A stretch of 64,000 nucleotides of DNA. It comes from Octopus vulgaris (taxonomy: Eukaryota). Position numbers and translations under genes: made by a program. The DNA lies in assembly GCA_951406725.2 (NCBI GenBank), contig OX597829.1, positions 28,706,001 to 28,770,000 of the forward strand, written 5' to 3'. This document shows, in pieces, positions 1 through 13,023 of the stretch. Below the pieces are notes generated by a model, which saw only the letters and a program-made list of their open reading frames with translations, searched no databases and was not told where the DNA came from. The stretch's first letter is position 1; every line of letters starts with the position of its first letter.

Positions 1-1590
1 ACTCAAAATGCAGCAACGGGCAAAATACTGCTAAGCATTTTGTCCAGCATGCTAACAATTCTGCCAACACACTACCTTATACAAATCAGTAATGATAATA
101 ATATGGTTCTCTTGATAGAAGAGGACATCTAACTAGAGTAAATTAAGGAACTCTACAGATCCAGAATTACTCTGACTACTAAGGACAACACCTCTTACTC
201 ATTATTTTCAAGAGTGTCATCAACTTTTTAATCACTTAACTGGAAGAAAGCATCTCCCTCTCCATTCATCTCTTTCTTTGTCCTAAGTGGAACTTTCAAA
301 GAGTAAAATGTCTGCCTTCAGTTTTTTCAGTATCCACAACAAACAAACCAATTCAAACTCATCAAAGCCTAGGGTTTTCCTGAGAATTTTGATGTTATTC
401 CTGCCACAACTACTCTGTAGAATGCCAAAGTAAAAGTTTTACCAACCACATTATCTGGCTGCTGGAGAGCAATGAGTGTCTGTCAATATTCCAGACACCA
501 AACATCCAGTCGTTGACTGGCTCAGAACCAATGATTCCATTAAGAAGACATGCCTAACAAAAGGTGGCCATATCTGCTTACTATCTAGGAACCTTTGCAG
601 ATGCCTTAGAATTTGCACACCAACAACCATGACATACCAAACCTCCCCCATCCTCTCCCCTACAGAAGGGAATGGTAGCAAATAGCAACTTATCCAGAAA
701 AGCATGTCCCTTCTATGTCCTTATTCCAAACTGAAGCAGGATAGCAGATTCTTCAATCTTGGATAAGGCATACACCTCATATTCCTGCTATTTTACAGAC
801 AGGTTCCTCTCAACCTGTTTCTGGGAGAGACAGACAAATCTACCCAGTTTCTGTTCATATGAAAGCAAGAGTCAAACCAGACCCACCTCATAGAACTGTC
901 CTATAGCATGGACTTGTCTTTCAAGATGCTAAGCTGCAAGTCCAACATCTTACCAAAGTTAATCCTCACTTTTGTTACTACCTTGAGAAAGGCACCAACA
1001 ACCTTCACTTCTGTCGTGTCTAACACCATTTCTGTGACATTGTCTGCAAATGCTAACAAAAAACCTCTTGCATTCTAGTTTGAAAGGTACGCCCCTCAAT
1101 AGCTGTGACTTCTATAGCAGTGGCTTTTGAGCTAGCACACACAATATATTGGATCAGAAATATTAGTATTTTCTAGAAAACATCCCAGAACCATACGGGC
1201 AGAGTATGGAATGGAAGGTAGGCAGTTTAATTGAGAGAAAGGAGAGACAGAGAGAGGATAAGAGATAGATGAAAGGAGAGACAGAGAGAGGATAAGAGAT
1301 AGATAAAAGTAGACAGAGGTAAGCGAAATAACACACACACACACATCATGATCAATTTAACATTCATTTTTCCATGCTCACATAAGTTGAAAAGAATTTA
1401 ATGAAGTAGAGTTTCTGTGGCTGGATACACTTCTTTTTACCAACCCCCACCTGTTTCCATGTAAGGTAATATTTCCCATGATCAGATATATTTTCATGCA
1501 AGGCTGGAAATGAAGGGTGCAACTTGTATTATGGTAACAGTAACACATACTCTAATATCCATTTTTTTTTTCTTCTAAAATTTTTGTTAA

Positions 1591-2286
1591 GGGTAAGTTA
1601 CTTGAGGTTGTTGATTCTTTCATCTACCTTGGAAGCTCTGCACAAAATGATGGAAATCTGGACACAGAAATACATCTGTGAATTCAAAGGGTAGCACAAG
1701 CATTTAGTGGTTTGGAGTCACATGTTTGGTGCCAACAACATATAAATAACCACACAAAGTTGGGTCTTTACAAATCATTTGTCTTACCATCCCACATTCT
1801 TGTGAAACATGGACTTGTTATGAAAGACATTTCAAATTGTTAGAACAATTCTACCAAAAATGCCTTTATCGCATTTTAAACATTAAATGGAGTTCTTTTT
1901 TTTCCAAACACAGATGTCCCTGCATCTGCAGGCATCACTTCAATTAAAGTAAGGATTCTAAAAAACCAAATGAGATGGTGTGGCAATATTGTTTGAATGG
2001 TGGATGAACACACCCAAACAGCTGTTTTATGGTGAGCTTGCAGAGGAGAAATGCTATCGATGTAAACCTAAAAAGAGGTTTAAGGACAGTATAAACACTA
2101 CCATGAAGTCAATTGGAATGGATCCAGATCAAGCAGGATGGTGAACAAAAGTGTGGAGTGGATTGAAAGAATTTGAAGAAGCAAGGATAATGCATGCAAG
2201 ACTTGAGAGAGATTTAAAGAAGAATGATATGAAGCTTTGTGACTGAATTTGTACATTTGCATGTAAGTGCTTGTGCCTCCTAACAG

Positions 2287-2289
<3 letters not shown>
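1591..2289 (+). mobile_element. Decayed RTE/BovB-like LINE, C-terminal part of the RT ORF
   Basis: Manual translation gives LEVVDSFIYLGS..DTEIHL*IQRVAQAFSGL..TKLGLYKSFVLPS, then after a frameshift CETWTCYERHFKLLEQFYQKCLYRILNIKW. These motifs are typical of the RTE post-RT region. Stops and frameshifts are present. Confidence 0.8.
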
Positions 2290-2354
<65 letters not shown>

Positions 2355-2706
2355 CATTGAATTGTGTGTATATTTAGTATTCATGCAAATAGATTTTATA
2401 TCAACATATATTCGACAGATACATTTTGAGTCAATGTTTTTGGATGAAACTGCATATTATTATATATGTATGTATATACATGACAGAGAGGGAGTATGTG
2501 TTTCTGTGTGTGTGCATGCGTGCATGAAACTCTTGGTCCTCGATTCATTTTGTAACTTCTGTTAATTAAAAAAAATGTGTACATACTCATGTTTTGAGTT
2601 CTGTTTTTCCTGATTGTATTACCAAAATGACAAACAGATAGATAGACAAACAATCCATGTGTATATATGAGCATCTATATTGTATAGTTGTGTGTACATA
2701 CATACA

Positions 2707-2755
<49 letters not shown>

Positions 2756-2777
2756 CTATATATATATATATATATAT

Positions 2778-2966
2778 GACCTCGTGTGTACCGTTGGCGA
2801 TTTTTTTCCCTCTGTATTCCCTTCTCTGGATCTTTCCTTCTCCTATGTTTCCGACAAAGAGCTCCGCTCGAAACGTTAAACCCTCCTTCTTTCCTGAGCG
2901 TCCAATAATACTATATTTGCTCCACGTCCTCGCGTTGTTGTGTTTTTTGTGCTTTCTTGTTTGGAT

Positions 2967-2970
<4 letters not shown>
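2778..2970 (+). mobile_element. Short PLE-type terminal repeat (family H1) with a degenerate hammerhead motif at 2847-2881
   Basis: Homologous to 53687-53875(-) and 22570-22660(+). Contains GTTT-CCGACAA-A-GAGC-TCC-GCTC-GAAA-CGTT-AAAC. Confidence 0.65.
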
Positions 2971-3005
<35 letters not shown>

Positions 3006-4039
3006 ACGGAAGGATATATTGACATAATACATATAATTTAACTACTGAACAAATTCCAATTATGAAACAATGAAACACTTTGTAAGGTGGCTTATAAAAT
3101 GTATTGACCTCCCTCCCATTATACCACCCTATTCCCCAAGGGCAATTTCTGAGAAGAACCCACCCTTATATACTGCTTTGTAAAAGTAGTAATGAATGGA
3201 AAGAATTGGAGCACACTGTTGTTAAGTGCTTACTGATAACAGTTTTTAAACATAGTTTTCATACCAAGCTGGAGCACATATACACAAAGATCCTTGCAGC
3301 TTTTAACTCATATCCTCGGCATGAAACAATAAATGGCATAAACATCACAACGTTGTCTATATATATATATATTTACTCTATGAATAGTAGGTTGCATGTG
3401 ACTCACCACCTCAGCAAGATCAGTCCTGACCCAGCAGATCTACAAGCAAACATGATCCAGTCACAGCAATCCCATCTTTTATCAGGAGTAAGTGTATCTG
3501 AAGGAGATTTTTGTCGGTTATTTCTGACGGAGTGTGTTAGTGAGAATATGTGGAAGCATGGTGTAGTCATGGAAACATGTTGTATGGTGGTGGAGGCATA
3601 TTTTGTGGTGTTCTGTGGTAGTGAGGACATAAGCAGGGGCTCCTTGTTGGATTAAGAGGGTTTTCTCATATAACTGGCAACACAACTTAAGAACATACAG
3701 TGTATATAGTTGGTTAAAGGTTCTAATCACTATTTCACAGTGTTTTTGACAGTAAGTTGCAATGGAGTGTCTGTAACATAGTGCAGAACACATATATCTA
3801 AAGAGCATCGATATTTTTGGTATTTTTTATTTCTTTGTATCCAAGAAGCATCCCCCACCACTTCCAATTTTCTGTTTTCATTGAAAGAACACACACACAG
3901 AACATTTACACCAGGCTTCAGCAGTCTCCATCATTAAAGTTCCATCACAAAGTACTGATTAACCCAAGTCTGTAGTAGAATATACACTTGTCCTAAGTGC
4001 CACACAGTGGCTTGAAGAGGTTAGTTATCTCAAAAGTGG

Positions 4040-4700
4040 AAGCCCATTCTTTGTCTAATGACCAGGTGTGAGTCATAAACTACTTTTGTCATTTAATACA
4101 TTTAATACTATCTTTAGAAACAGGTCATATCACAAGCAGTCATAAGAATATCATTGTTTTCAACAGTGGTATTCATTGTGTCGTAATAATTCAACTGCAA
4201 TTTGAGAATCCTGTCAGCTAATTTTTTAGGGACACCTTCTCTAATCCCTTTCCCATTTGAGAGATGAGCAATGTGTTTCTGAGTAGAGTTGCTCAGACAC
4301 TTAAAAGTCTGCTGAAGTTCAGCACTGCTTCTTTAGCCAAGAAACACCCAAGTAGCCTGAGCCACCTGGTGAGTGAACTTCTGAGTGAACAGTTCCCAGC
4401 TACCCATGCTTAGTGTTAATGCTGCAGGACTTTCAAATATGTAAAGCCATACTGACTTGTGTGAGACTCTAAAGATAATGGAGAAATGTGCAGTAACTAA
4501 CTTGTCCTCTCTACTTGATGTTTCTGTATTTAGTGGTAAGACAGAATCAAGATGACTGAGAAGTGCTGAATGCAAGAACTCTTAGAATGAGACGTAGCCA
4601 TCCTACTGCCTGTAGGGGCTCCTCTCTTAATTTTCTAAGCCTACACTTAAGCATATTTCTGCTTGGCAGCAGATGGATTTACCTGTGCCTGAAAAGGGAA
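4040..4700 (-). mobile_element. Highly decayed LINE (probably RTE) APE endonuclease region
   Basis: Fragments resembling APE motifs (LSMGSW ~ GTWNV; NG..L..F..NT; DSHLV ~ SDH) in disrupted frames on the minus strand. Confidence 0.35.
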
Positions 4701-6374
4701 AAGCTTTGATCTGGGTCAATCCCTCTCTCTAGACAATGTAGGTATACACCCATTAGGAAAAAATAGTTTACATCATTGGATGCAAATGAAATTCTAGCAA
4801 GATATCAAACCAAAAATAAGGGTCTCTCATTCCCAGTTGTTGGACAGCTGTTGACACAACTGAGTTCATCAGTTCTTTGTCAGGTTTCATTTTTTTTTTT
4901 TTGTTCTACAATATGACCAATGAAAACCGCCCTCCTTACCAAGTAGGCTTGGTAGAGTTACTGGTTTAGTTGCCAACAGCCCCACTATACAACAAGTTGT
5001 ACTGGGTTACATGTTACCAGTAGCACAAAGAGTGACATACATTCAAGAGTTTAAGCTTCTGTGTCAACAATTCCATGACCATTGCACATCTTCAGCTGTG
5101 CAATGATCATATAATTGTTGGCACGGAATCTCAGTCATGAAGATAAGTTTCCATATCTATCAATCAACACACACACATATAAACACTATGAATAAGGACC
5201 CCTAATGAACTGGTAGTTTTAATTTGCATACAGCTTGCAAACTGAAAGTACCAATTAAGTGAAGTTATTTGCACTGTGTGTATGTGTGCACGCAGGCATG
5301 TGTATGTGTGCACGCAGGCATGTGTATGTATGTACATGTGTAACTATAAGTTATATCTCTTAGTTAAGAACAAAACCATTCAAACCAATATTTTTTTTGT
5401 ATATGGAGAGCAGTGATGGTGGTGGTGGTGGGGAATTTACATTATTCAATTACACATCACAGCAACATCTAAAAACTAGCAATGCTTGCATAAGGTATAT
5501 CATACGGTACAATTTTTACAGACCAAAATAAAACAAGGAAAAAATACAAACAAAAACTTTTTAGCACATAAATAATTGAACAACCAAACGCATAATTGAC
5601 CTCTCAGCCACCTCCTAGGGCAATCGTTCTAATTAATATTAACACTGCGTTGCATCACTCAGGAAGAATCGCACAACAGATTTATTATAACTATTAGCAT
5701 TGCCATCATTAAGAAAAGGAGAAGGATTCATGACCTTTGTGGGGCCCCTCTCATGCTGAGGTTGAGCTCAGCTTGATGCTTTTTGTTGAAGGAATCGCAA
5801 AAAGACTGGGTTCCTAGGAGTGATGAGGGTGATGATAGAGTGTTTTGTGTGGAGGTGTAAAGAATTAAACACAAAGGGGTAAAAGTGAGAGGAAGGAAGA
5901 CATATGCCACCTAATTTTTTTTTTTTTTAAATTTATTTTTAGTTTAGTCTAAGACAGAAAACCATCATTCATGACCTTTGTAGTTCCTCCCAGACTACTA
6001 AAATGGTTATTGAAATTCCTCCTAGACTAGTCAGGTAGACTAATGAGAGAGAAAGAGTGGGGGGGGAGTGCAGACAGACAGACAAACAACTGTGAAGTGC
6101 CAAAACTAACACACACACACACAAAACTAACAACTGTATTAATATAGTTAATAATGAGCAAATTTCAATAGAAATTTTAATAGAAGCACTCATAATTTTA
6201 TTAATTAAAACGTCAGCTGATAATTCATAATTGTGAGATTTTCATGTGTAAATGTTCCACCATAGCTGTGCGTAAAAATCTTTGGATATGTTGTGTTCTA
6301 AACATCTTAACATTGCAATACTTAAAGCAGACACTAAAGTTATCATGAATGAGATTTTGGTGTATAAATACCTC

Positions 6375-6420
<46 letters not shown>

Positions 6421-6461
6421 ATTTTTATAATCATGGGTTAAGTTGTGTTTTAAACATCATC

Positions 6462-6902
6462 TTAACCCTTTTGATACCAAGCCTTTGGATCTATGATACA
6501 AATTCCCTGCTTAAACCCATTAATATTTAAAGCAGTCATATCCAGCCCAAATATTTATTCTTCCTGCTTTATGTTCAAATCAGTCACATCTGATCTCTCA
6601 CACCTACCCTACAGTGTCATTCTAAAAATAAGCAATCACATTATCAAAATCTCAAAGCTATGAGATAATGTTTGATTAATTCAAAACAATAGGAATAAAT
6701 AAGAATTACATTTGACAGAGAAATCTGAATGCTAAAAGGTTAAAGTGATCTACATTAAAACTTACCAAAATTTCATATAAATTTGCATCAGCATAATAAT
6801 GACAAATTTTTTTAATGACAATTTTTTTTTCAAATTAAAATCATTATTTTCAAAATTAAAAGGCAGTATATTTCAACAAAAACAAAATAGTAAAAGAGTT
6901 AG
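6462..6902 (+). mobile_element. TTAA-flanked piggyBac-type MITE (family B) with a nested family-A MITE at 6511-6743
   Basis: Begins TTAA-CCCTTTTG. The inner copy is bounded by TTAA at 6511-6514 and 6740-6743 and matches 7538-7764 and 34645-34872. Family-B sequence resumes after it. Confidence 0.7.
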
Positions 6903-7537
6903 CATATCTATAAACATTTAAGATTATTTTACTGAATTCCCCTCAAATTCTTTATTATTTTGGATGTTTATTAAAATACATAACTAGTGTAGTTTGTAAG
7001 AAATTGGAATACTAAAAGAGATAAGAAAGCTTCTAGATATTGAAATTAGTTAAACACATTCTACAGCTGATGAGAGATAAACCTCCACCAGGATAGGACA
7101 CCAGTCTATCACAGATAACATTACCAAATGATCTTGTGGTATCTGGATGGGCTGTGGTAATGTAGAATATAGTTTTGTGTACAAAAATACAACAAAGATA
7201 CTAGAAATAGCAAGTAAATTTACTTAAGAGTTTACTGTAATGAACTTAAAAAAAAAAAAGAAAAGAAAAAAAGAAAACAGAGTGGTGGCAATTGGAATAT
7301 CGTTAATCATGGCTTCATGAAGGCTCATCCTCATTGCTTACACACTGTATACTAACATACACTAACCTCAGTAACCAAAATTCTTAATACCATCAGCAGG
7401 CTGAGAAATGGCTGTGATAGAGATAGAACATTGGTATGAGAATTAAGGCAATAGAATCTTTACCTTGGAGTCTTATTTAAAAGAGCAGCAAAATATTTAA
7501 TATTCAGTAAATAATTTATCATCAAATAAGTGATTCT

Positions 7538-7764
7538 TTAACCCTTTAGCATTTAAACCAGCGATATCAAGCCAAAATATTCCATCTGTTTTATTTTGAA
7601 ACTGACCAGATCCAGGCTTTCACATCTACCCTACTATGTTATTCAACATTAAACAATCACATCATCGAAGTCCTAAGGATATGTGACAATGCATGATTAA
7701 TTCAAAGCAATGTGAATCAATAAGCACTGCATTTAACAGAATAATTTGAACACAAAATGGTTAA
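7538..7764 (+). mobile_element. piggyBac-type MITE family A
   Basis: TTAA-CCCTTTAGCATT...AAATGG-TTAA; ~225 bp; several similar copies in the window. Confidence 0.75.
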
Positions 7765-8588
7765 ATTGGGGTAGAGTTTGTCTGAGGATCATAAAGATTC
7801 CATGAAAAAGATTCCTAGGTTCCATGAGATAATGATTACCATCATCCACTTTTCCATGCTTACATGAATTGGAAAGAGTTTATTCTGACAGATTTTCTAC
7901 AGTCGGAAGCTTTTCCAATCACCAAGCCTCACCTGTTTCCAATGGATTCCCACAGTAAGTGCCTTCTAAAGCCTCATGTTGAAAATACTATCATGTCAGT
8001 TTAGTTAGAACTTAGTAGACAGAAACCGAGTGGAGGTCAGTCTTAATAGTTCATCTTTCTAATGTCAATAGAATAAAGAAACAATCATGTACTAGAGTCA
8101 GTTTATACCTCCAGTAAGATAGCAGAATCATTAGCATGTCAGACAAAACGCTTAGCAGTATTTCTTCTGGGTCTTTACCAATTAAGTTCAAATTCTGTTG
8201 TGGTCAACTTTACTTTTCATCCTTTCAGGGTTGATAAAATAAAGTAGCAGTCAAGTGCTGGAGTTACTACAATCAACAACTCCCTCATCCCCAAATTTTA
8301 TGGTCTTGTACCAAAATTTGCAACAAATATCATCATCATTGCTATCATCATTATCATTAAGGTGGCAAACTGATAGAATCATTGTGGTGTCAGAAAAATA
8401 TTTTCTGGCTCTGTTCTTTCATCCATCTGGGAAAAATAAAATATAAAATAACACTCAAATTTCTGGCCTTGTGCCTAAATTACAAACCATTATATTATCA
8501 TTATCACCATTATAATTTTCTAATTATATTTTTCTAATTCTCTAAAAGCCATTTCTAGCCATTTCATAGCAAAAACTACTAAATTTAC

Positions 8589-8797
8589 TTGAACCCTTTA
8601 GCATTTAAATTGGCCATATCCAGCCAGAATATTCTATCTGGTAGATCTGGCCTCTCACACCTACTTTATAATGTCATTCTAAAAATAAACAATCACATTA
8701 TCAAAATCTTGAAGCCATCAGATAATGCATGCTTAATTCAAAACAATGAGAATAAATAAAAATTACATTTGAGAAAGTAATCTGGATATTAAAGGTT
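8589..8797 (+). mobile_element. piggyBac-type MITE family A (degenerate ends)
   Basis: AACCCTTTAGCATTTAAA...CTCTCACACCTAC...ATTACATTTGA matches the other family-A copies. Confidence 0.65.
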
Positions 8798-9839
8798 TTT
8801 TTTTTTTTATTACCCACAAGGGGCCAAATTAAAGGGTTAAACCTATTTTATATGATGGAACTGTATCTGTGACCAGGCTGCAGTCGTGTGATGAAAATTC
8901 AGACATGTCAAGAAATAAATTTAAATGGATTTTTTTTATTTTTACTCTCTGAATAAAATGGTTCTTTCATATGTTATTTGTTAAAGAAAGAAAACTAACT
9001 AAAGACTATTTATGAACAATTCAGAAGTGCAGTAAACAAAAAATAGTTGAACTGGCCCTTTAGATACCATATTCCTTGTGAAATACACTGTGTTTGTTTC
9101 AATTAATTATGAAAATAATGAATAATTTAGTAAAATGTCATTATTAAGTTAACTTACAGGAAATTATGATGGAAGGTTTTAATTCAGATCACTTTAACTC
9201 CTTTGTTACCATATTTTTCAATGTTATGAAGGGCATCCAGCTGTAGAAACCATGCCAAAGCAGATACCGGAGCTTGGCACAGTCCCCTGGCTTGTTAGCC
9301 CTTGTCAAACCGTCCGACTCATGCCAGCATGGAAAACATGTTGAACATAATGATGATTATGATTTCTTTTGAAATACATTAGCCTTGTTTTAATTAATTT
9401 TGAAAATAATAATAATGAAGAATTTAGTAACAGAGAATTTTATCATTATTAAACGAGTGTTTAGAAAATGATTTAACAAGAAATAACAGCTAACAATACA
9501 GATCACTTTTAAGGGAAGTCTCAGAGAGGTTGGTACCAAATGGGTTAATGTGATTGTTTGCCATGGGTCTAATTATTTGATGCAGTCATCACTGTCCTTT
9601 TTGAAACAGTCGTTTTGCTGTCAGATTCCATGTCTAGCAAATTCCACTCATGTCCTAGATTTAGGATTTAAAACATATGGTGCCTTTTTTTAAAAAAAAA
9701 AAAGACAGTAGGGTGTTTGTTGAGGGGAGATCTTGTTAGATTGAATAGGTCATGTGACTACATCAAAACTCCTACACTGGCTCATGTAGTCTATTTTAAA
9801 GCAAGCAGGATGCTTGGTGAGGTAATTCAGTTGCCAATG

Positions 9840-10280
9840 ACAGTTAGCAAACCAGTTCACAGAAAATAGAAAATAATGATTAACAAACTAGTTCACTGTT
9901 AAAAATGATACCTCACAGGAAATAACAGTTAACAAACCTGTTCACAGAAAATAGTAAATATGATTAGCAAAGTAGTTCACTGTTAGAAATGATATCTCAC
10001 AGGAAGTAACAGTTAACAAACCAGTTCAAAAGAAGATAAGAGTCAACAAGCTAGTTAATAGATAAAAATGGTATTTCACAGGAAATAATATTTAACAAAC
10101 CAGTCCAAGGAAAATAACAGGAAAAAACAAGCAAGTTAAATCATAAAACTGGTTGCACCATCTCACAGTTAACAAACCAGTTCACAGCAAATAAGAGTTA
10201 ATCAGTTCACTGATGAAGAGGTGGTTAACATGAAACATTAGTAAACCAGTTCACTAATAAAGCAGCTATATAGTTCACTC
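9840..10280. repeat. Degenerate higher-order tandem repeat built on AACAAACCAGTTCAC
   Basis: Ten or more imperfect copies of (TT)AACAAAC(C/T)AGTTCAC. The first copies recur with a ~83 bp period containing two core motifs. Confidence 0.7.
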
Positions 10281-12145
10281 TAAATAAGTTAGTGCGCCAT
10301 ATACTGATAATGGATTCCAATCTAATCGTTAAAGCAGACAGCTGTACTGTGTGTATATGCACAGATATGTGTATGTATACATGTGCATACTACACATACA
10401 TGTATGCATGCACTATATTGTATCATATGCGTAAGACGGTTAAACTGGTGTGTTCTGCTATGTTTTATTAACTAGAGTCTCCTTTACATCTGAAGTGAAG
10501 CTCAGCTTTCAACATGGTGATTATATTAGTGTTTCCTGGTGACTAGAACAGGAAATTAATTCAAAAATCTACACCAATGCCACCACCACCACCACCACTA
10601 CTACCACCACCAACACTACTCCACCACTACCTCTATCACCATGAACTGCTGTTGTTGTTGTAGAAGGCTAAAGTTAGTGTAGGCTGTAGGGTAAATGAAC
10701 TTAAGTAGGGTTTAAATAATGGGAGATATTAGATTTAGTCTTCCTCTGCCACACTATTAAAGACTTCAAACTAATTTGGGACACAAAAAAAAAACTATTT
10801 TAATTGGAAAATAAGAATTTAATGAAACATTAATGGGGTAGTTGGTGGCTAGGGCAAGAGATGATGGTGGTGGTGGTGGTGATGGTAGTGGTAGTGGTGG
10901 CGGCAGCAGCAGAGTTAGTGGTGTTAGGAGAAAGGAAGAATGGTATACATGATGTGTGTATTATAATTATTGCTACCGCTGGGTACCAACCAGGCTCTCC
11001 TTGGTACTTACTGATCTACAACATATTGCAAGGTTACCATTTCTCATTCATTTCCTTGAGTCTGATTTGTAGATTAGGAATGGTTAAGCATGACTGGGCA
11101 GGCATTAAGAGAGAGAGAGAGAGAGAGGGACTTAACAAAATAGCCAAGACTAAATGATCAGGTCCTTTTTTCTCCCTTTATTATTTTCTTGCCCTACAGC
11201 TATCACATATTGATATATACATCATTCACCTGGTGGCAAGTGAAGGTAACACAGGATAGCCTGCTGTTGCTGTCATCAATAGTTGCAGTGATCAAATATA
11301 GACGAAGGGTGGATGTGATTTATTAAAGAATTGCTTCTACATGTTTCTGTTCTGACACCGAGGAATACTTCTGCAAAGCTCTTTGTAATAAGATGCAAAC
11401 ACACTTGTGTGCTGTGAAGAAGTTTGCTGGACATCATCATCTTCATCATTTACATGTCCATTTTTCTATGCTTGCATTCAGAAGTGGTTGTTAATAAAAT
11501 TTAGATGGAATTTGCTGAGGCACATTTTATCTAAGGCCAGATGCTTTTCCTGTCGCCAACCCTTCTTATCTGTTTCCAAGCAGAGTAACATTTCCCCTCT
11601 CCCTAGACATGTTTTTCACAGGAGACTGGAAACAAACATCACTTCTATGATAATGATGATGATGATGGTCGTCATCGTCGTCGTCATCATCATCATCATT
11701 TGTCTCAAGACATTTTATTTTTCTTGGTGCTTTACTGACTCTACTATTCCAAAATGTGGCAGCGGCAATGCCCTCGTCATCATCATCATCATCATATTAT
11801 AATATTTCAGTTAACATTTAATTATTTATTTATGTATTTTAATATGTTTTATATTGCAAATTCTAAACAATGATGTCACCTGTTCTAGGAGTGGTGGGAG
11901 GGAGAGGGTTACTGACGAGATCACAACTGATAGGTGTCTGGTACTCTGTAAAGCGACAAGGACTTGTTTACTCACATCATCGTCATCATTATCAATGTCA
12001 GCTTCTGCATGCTTGAAAGGGCCAGAAGGAATTTTGCTGAAGCAGAGTGTCTTTTATGCCTTTTATGTTGCTAACTCTCACTTGTTTCCAAGCAAGATAA
12101 TATTTCTCATGGCCAGACAGGTTTTCACAGAGGATACTCATTTAT

Positions 12146-13023
12146 TCTTTTACTTGTTTCAGTCATTTGACTGTGGCCATGCTGGAGCACTGCCTTTAGT
12201 GAAGCAAATCGACCCCGGGACTTATTTTTTGTAAGCCTAGTACTTATTCTATCGGACCCCTTTGCTGAACCGCTAAGTTACGGAGACGTAAACACACCAG
12301 CATCTGTTGCCAAGCGATGTTGGGGGGACAAACGCAGACACACAAACATATATATGGAAATAGTAGTTGTGATGCCTGTGCCGGTGGCACATAAAAAGCA
12401 CTATCCGAACGTGGCCAATGCCAGCACCGCCCCGACTGGCTTCTGTGCCGGTGGGACATAAAAAGCACCTACCGAACGTGGCTGATGCCAGCGCCGTCCC
12501 GACTGGCTCCTGTGCCGGTGGTACATAAAAAGACCATCCGAACGTTGCCAGTGCCGCCTTGGCTGGCTTCCGTGCCGCTGGCACGTTAAAAGCTCCAACC
12601 GATCGTGACCGATGCCGGACCCCTCCTGGCACCTGTGCAGGTGGCACGTAAAACGTACCCACTACACTCGCGGAGTGGTTGGCGTTTGGAAGGGCATCCA
12701 GCCATAGAAACTCTGCCAGATCAGACTGGAGCCAGGAGCAGCCCCTGGCTTCCCAGACCCCGGTCGAACCGTCCAACCCGTGCTAGCGCGGAAAACGGAC
12801 GTTAAACGATGATGATGATGATATATATATATATATATATATAAATACACACACACATATATATACGACAGGCTTCTTTCAGTTTCTGTCTACCAAATCC
12901 ACTCACAAGGCTTTGGTCGGCCCAAGGCTATAGTAAAAGACACTTGCCCAAGGTGCCATGCAGTGGGACTGAACCCAGAACCATGTGGTTCGCAAGCAAG
13001 CTACTTACCACACAGCCACTCCT
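12146..13023 (-). mobile_element. tRNA-headed SINE family S1 (CORE-like), interrupted at its central microsatellite by an RTE 3'-end insertion
   Basis: Head carries A-box TGGCTGTGTGG and B-box GGTTCAGTCCC, followed by GGCACCTTGGGCAAGTGTCTT. Tail is GCAGTGCTCCAGCATGGCCACAGTCAAATGACTGAAAC. Same layout as 22092-22480. Confidence 0.85.
12357..12820 (+). mobile_element. RTE-LINE 3' UTR/tail element with an internal ~60-66 bp tandem array and (GAT)n tail
   Basis: Five copies of TGCCGGTGGCAC-TAAAAAGCACC-like units, then GGAAGGGCATCCAGCC...ACGTTAAACGATGATGATG. Same tail as the RTE ORF-bearing copy at 46861-48040. Confidence 0.8.

Noticed and set aside
120-1130. Possible decayed LINE endonuclease on the minus strand
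   Set aside because: Only faint motif echoes (GVWNI, ADIL); too degenerate to call.
3104-3655. 183-aa ORF
   Set aside because: It runs through a (TA)n tract and repeat fragments, has a non-ATG start and shows no recognisable domain.
7067-7085. CTGATGA-GAG-ATAAAC-CTC
   Set aside because: Possibly a hammerhead 5' half truncated by a SINE, but GAAA and the cleavage site are absent, so it is not counted.
10210-10245. CTGATGA...GAAACATTA as a hammerhead
   Set aside because: No plausible helix II or helix I; it lies inside a degenerate tandem array.
11912-11940. CTGACGA-GATCA-CAAC-TGAT as a hammerhead
   Set aside because: No GAAA follows in either copy of the repeat, and the second copy lacks CTGACGA.
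12372-12665. CRISPR-like repeat-spacer appearance
   Set aside because: The spacers are homologous to each other, the context is a eukaryotic RTE 3' UTR, and there are no cas genes.
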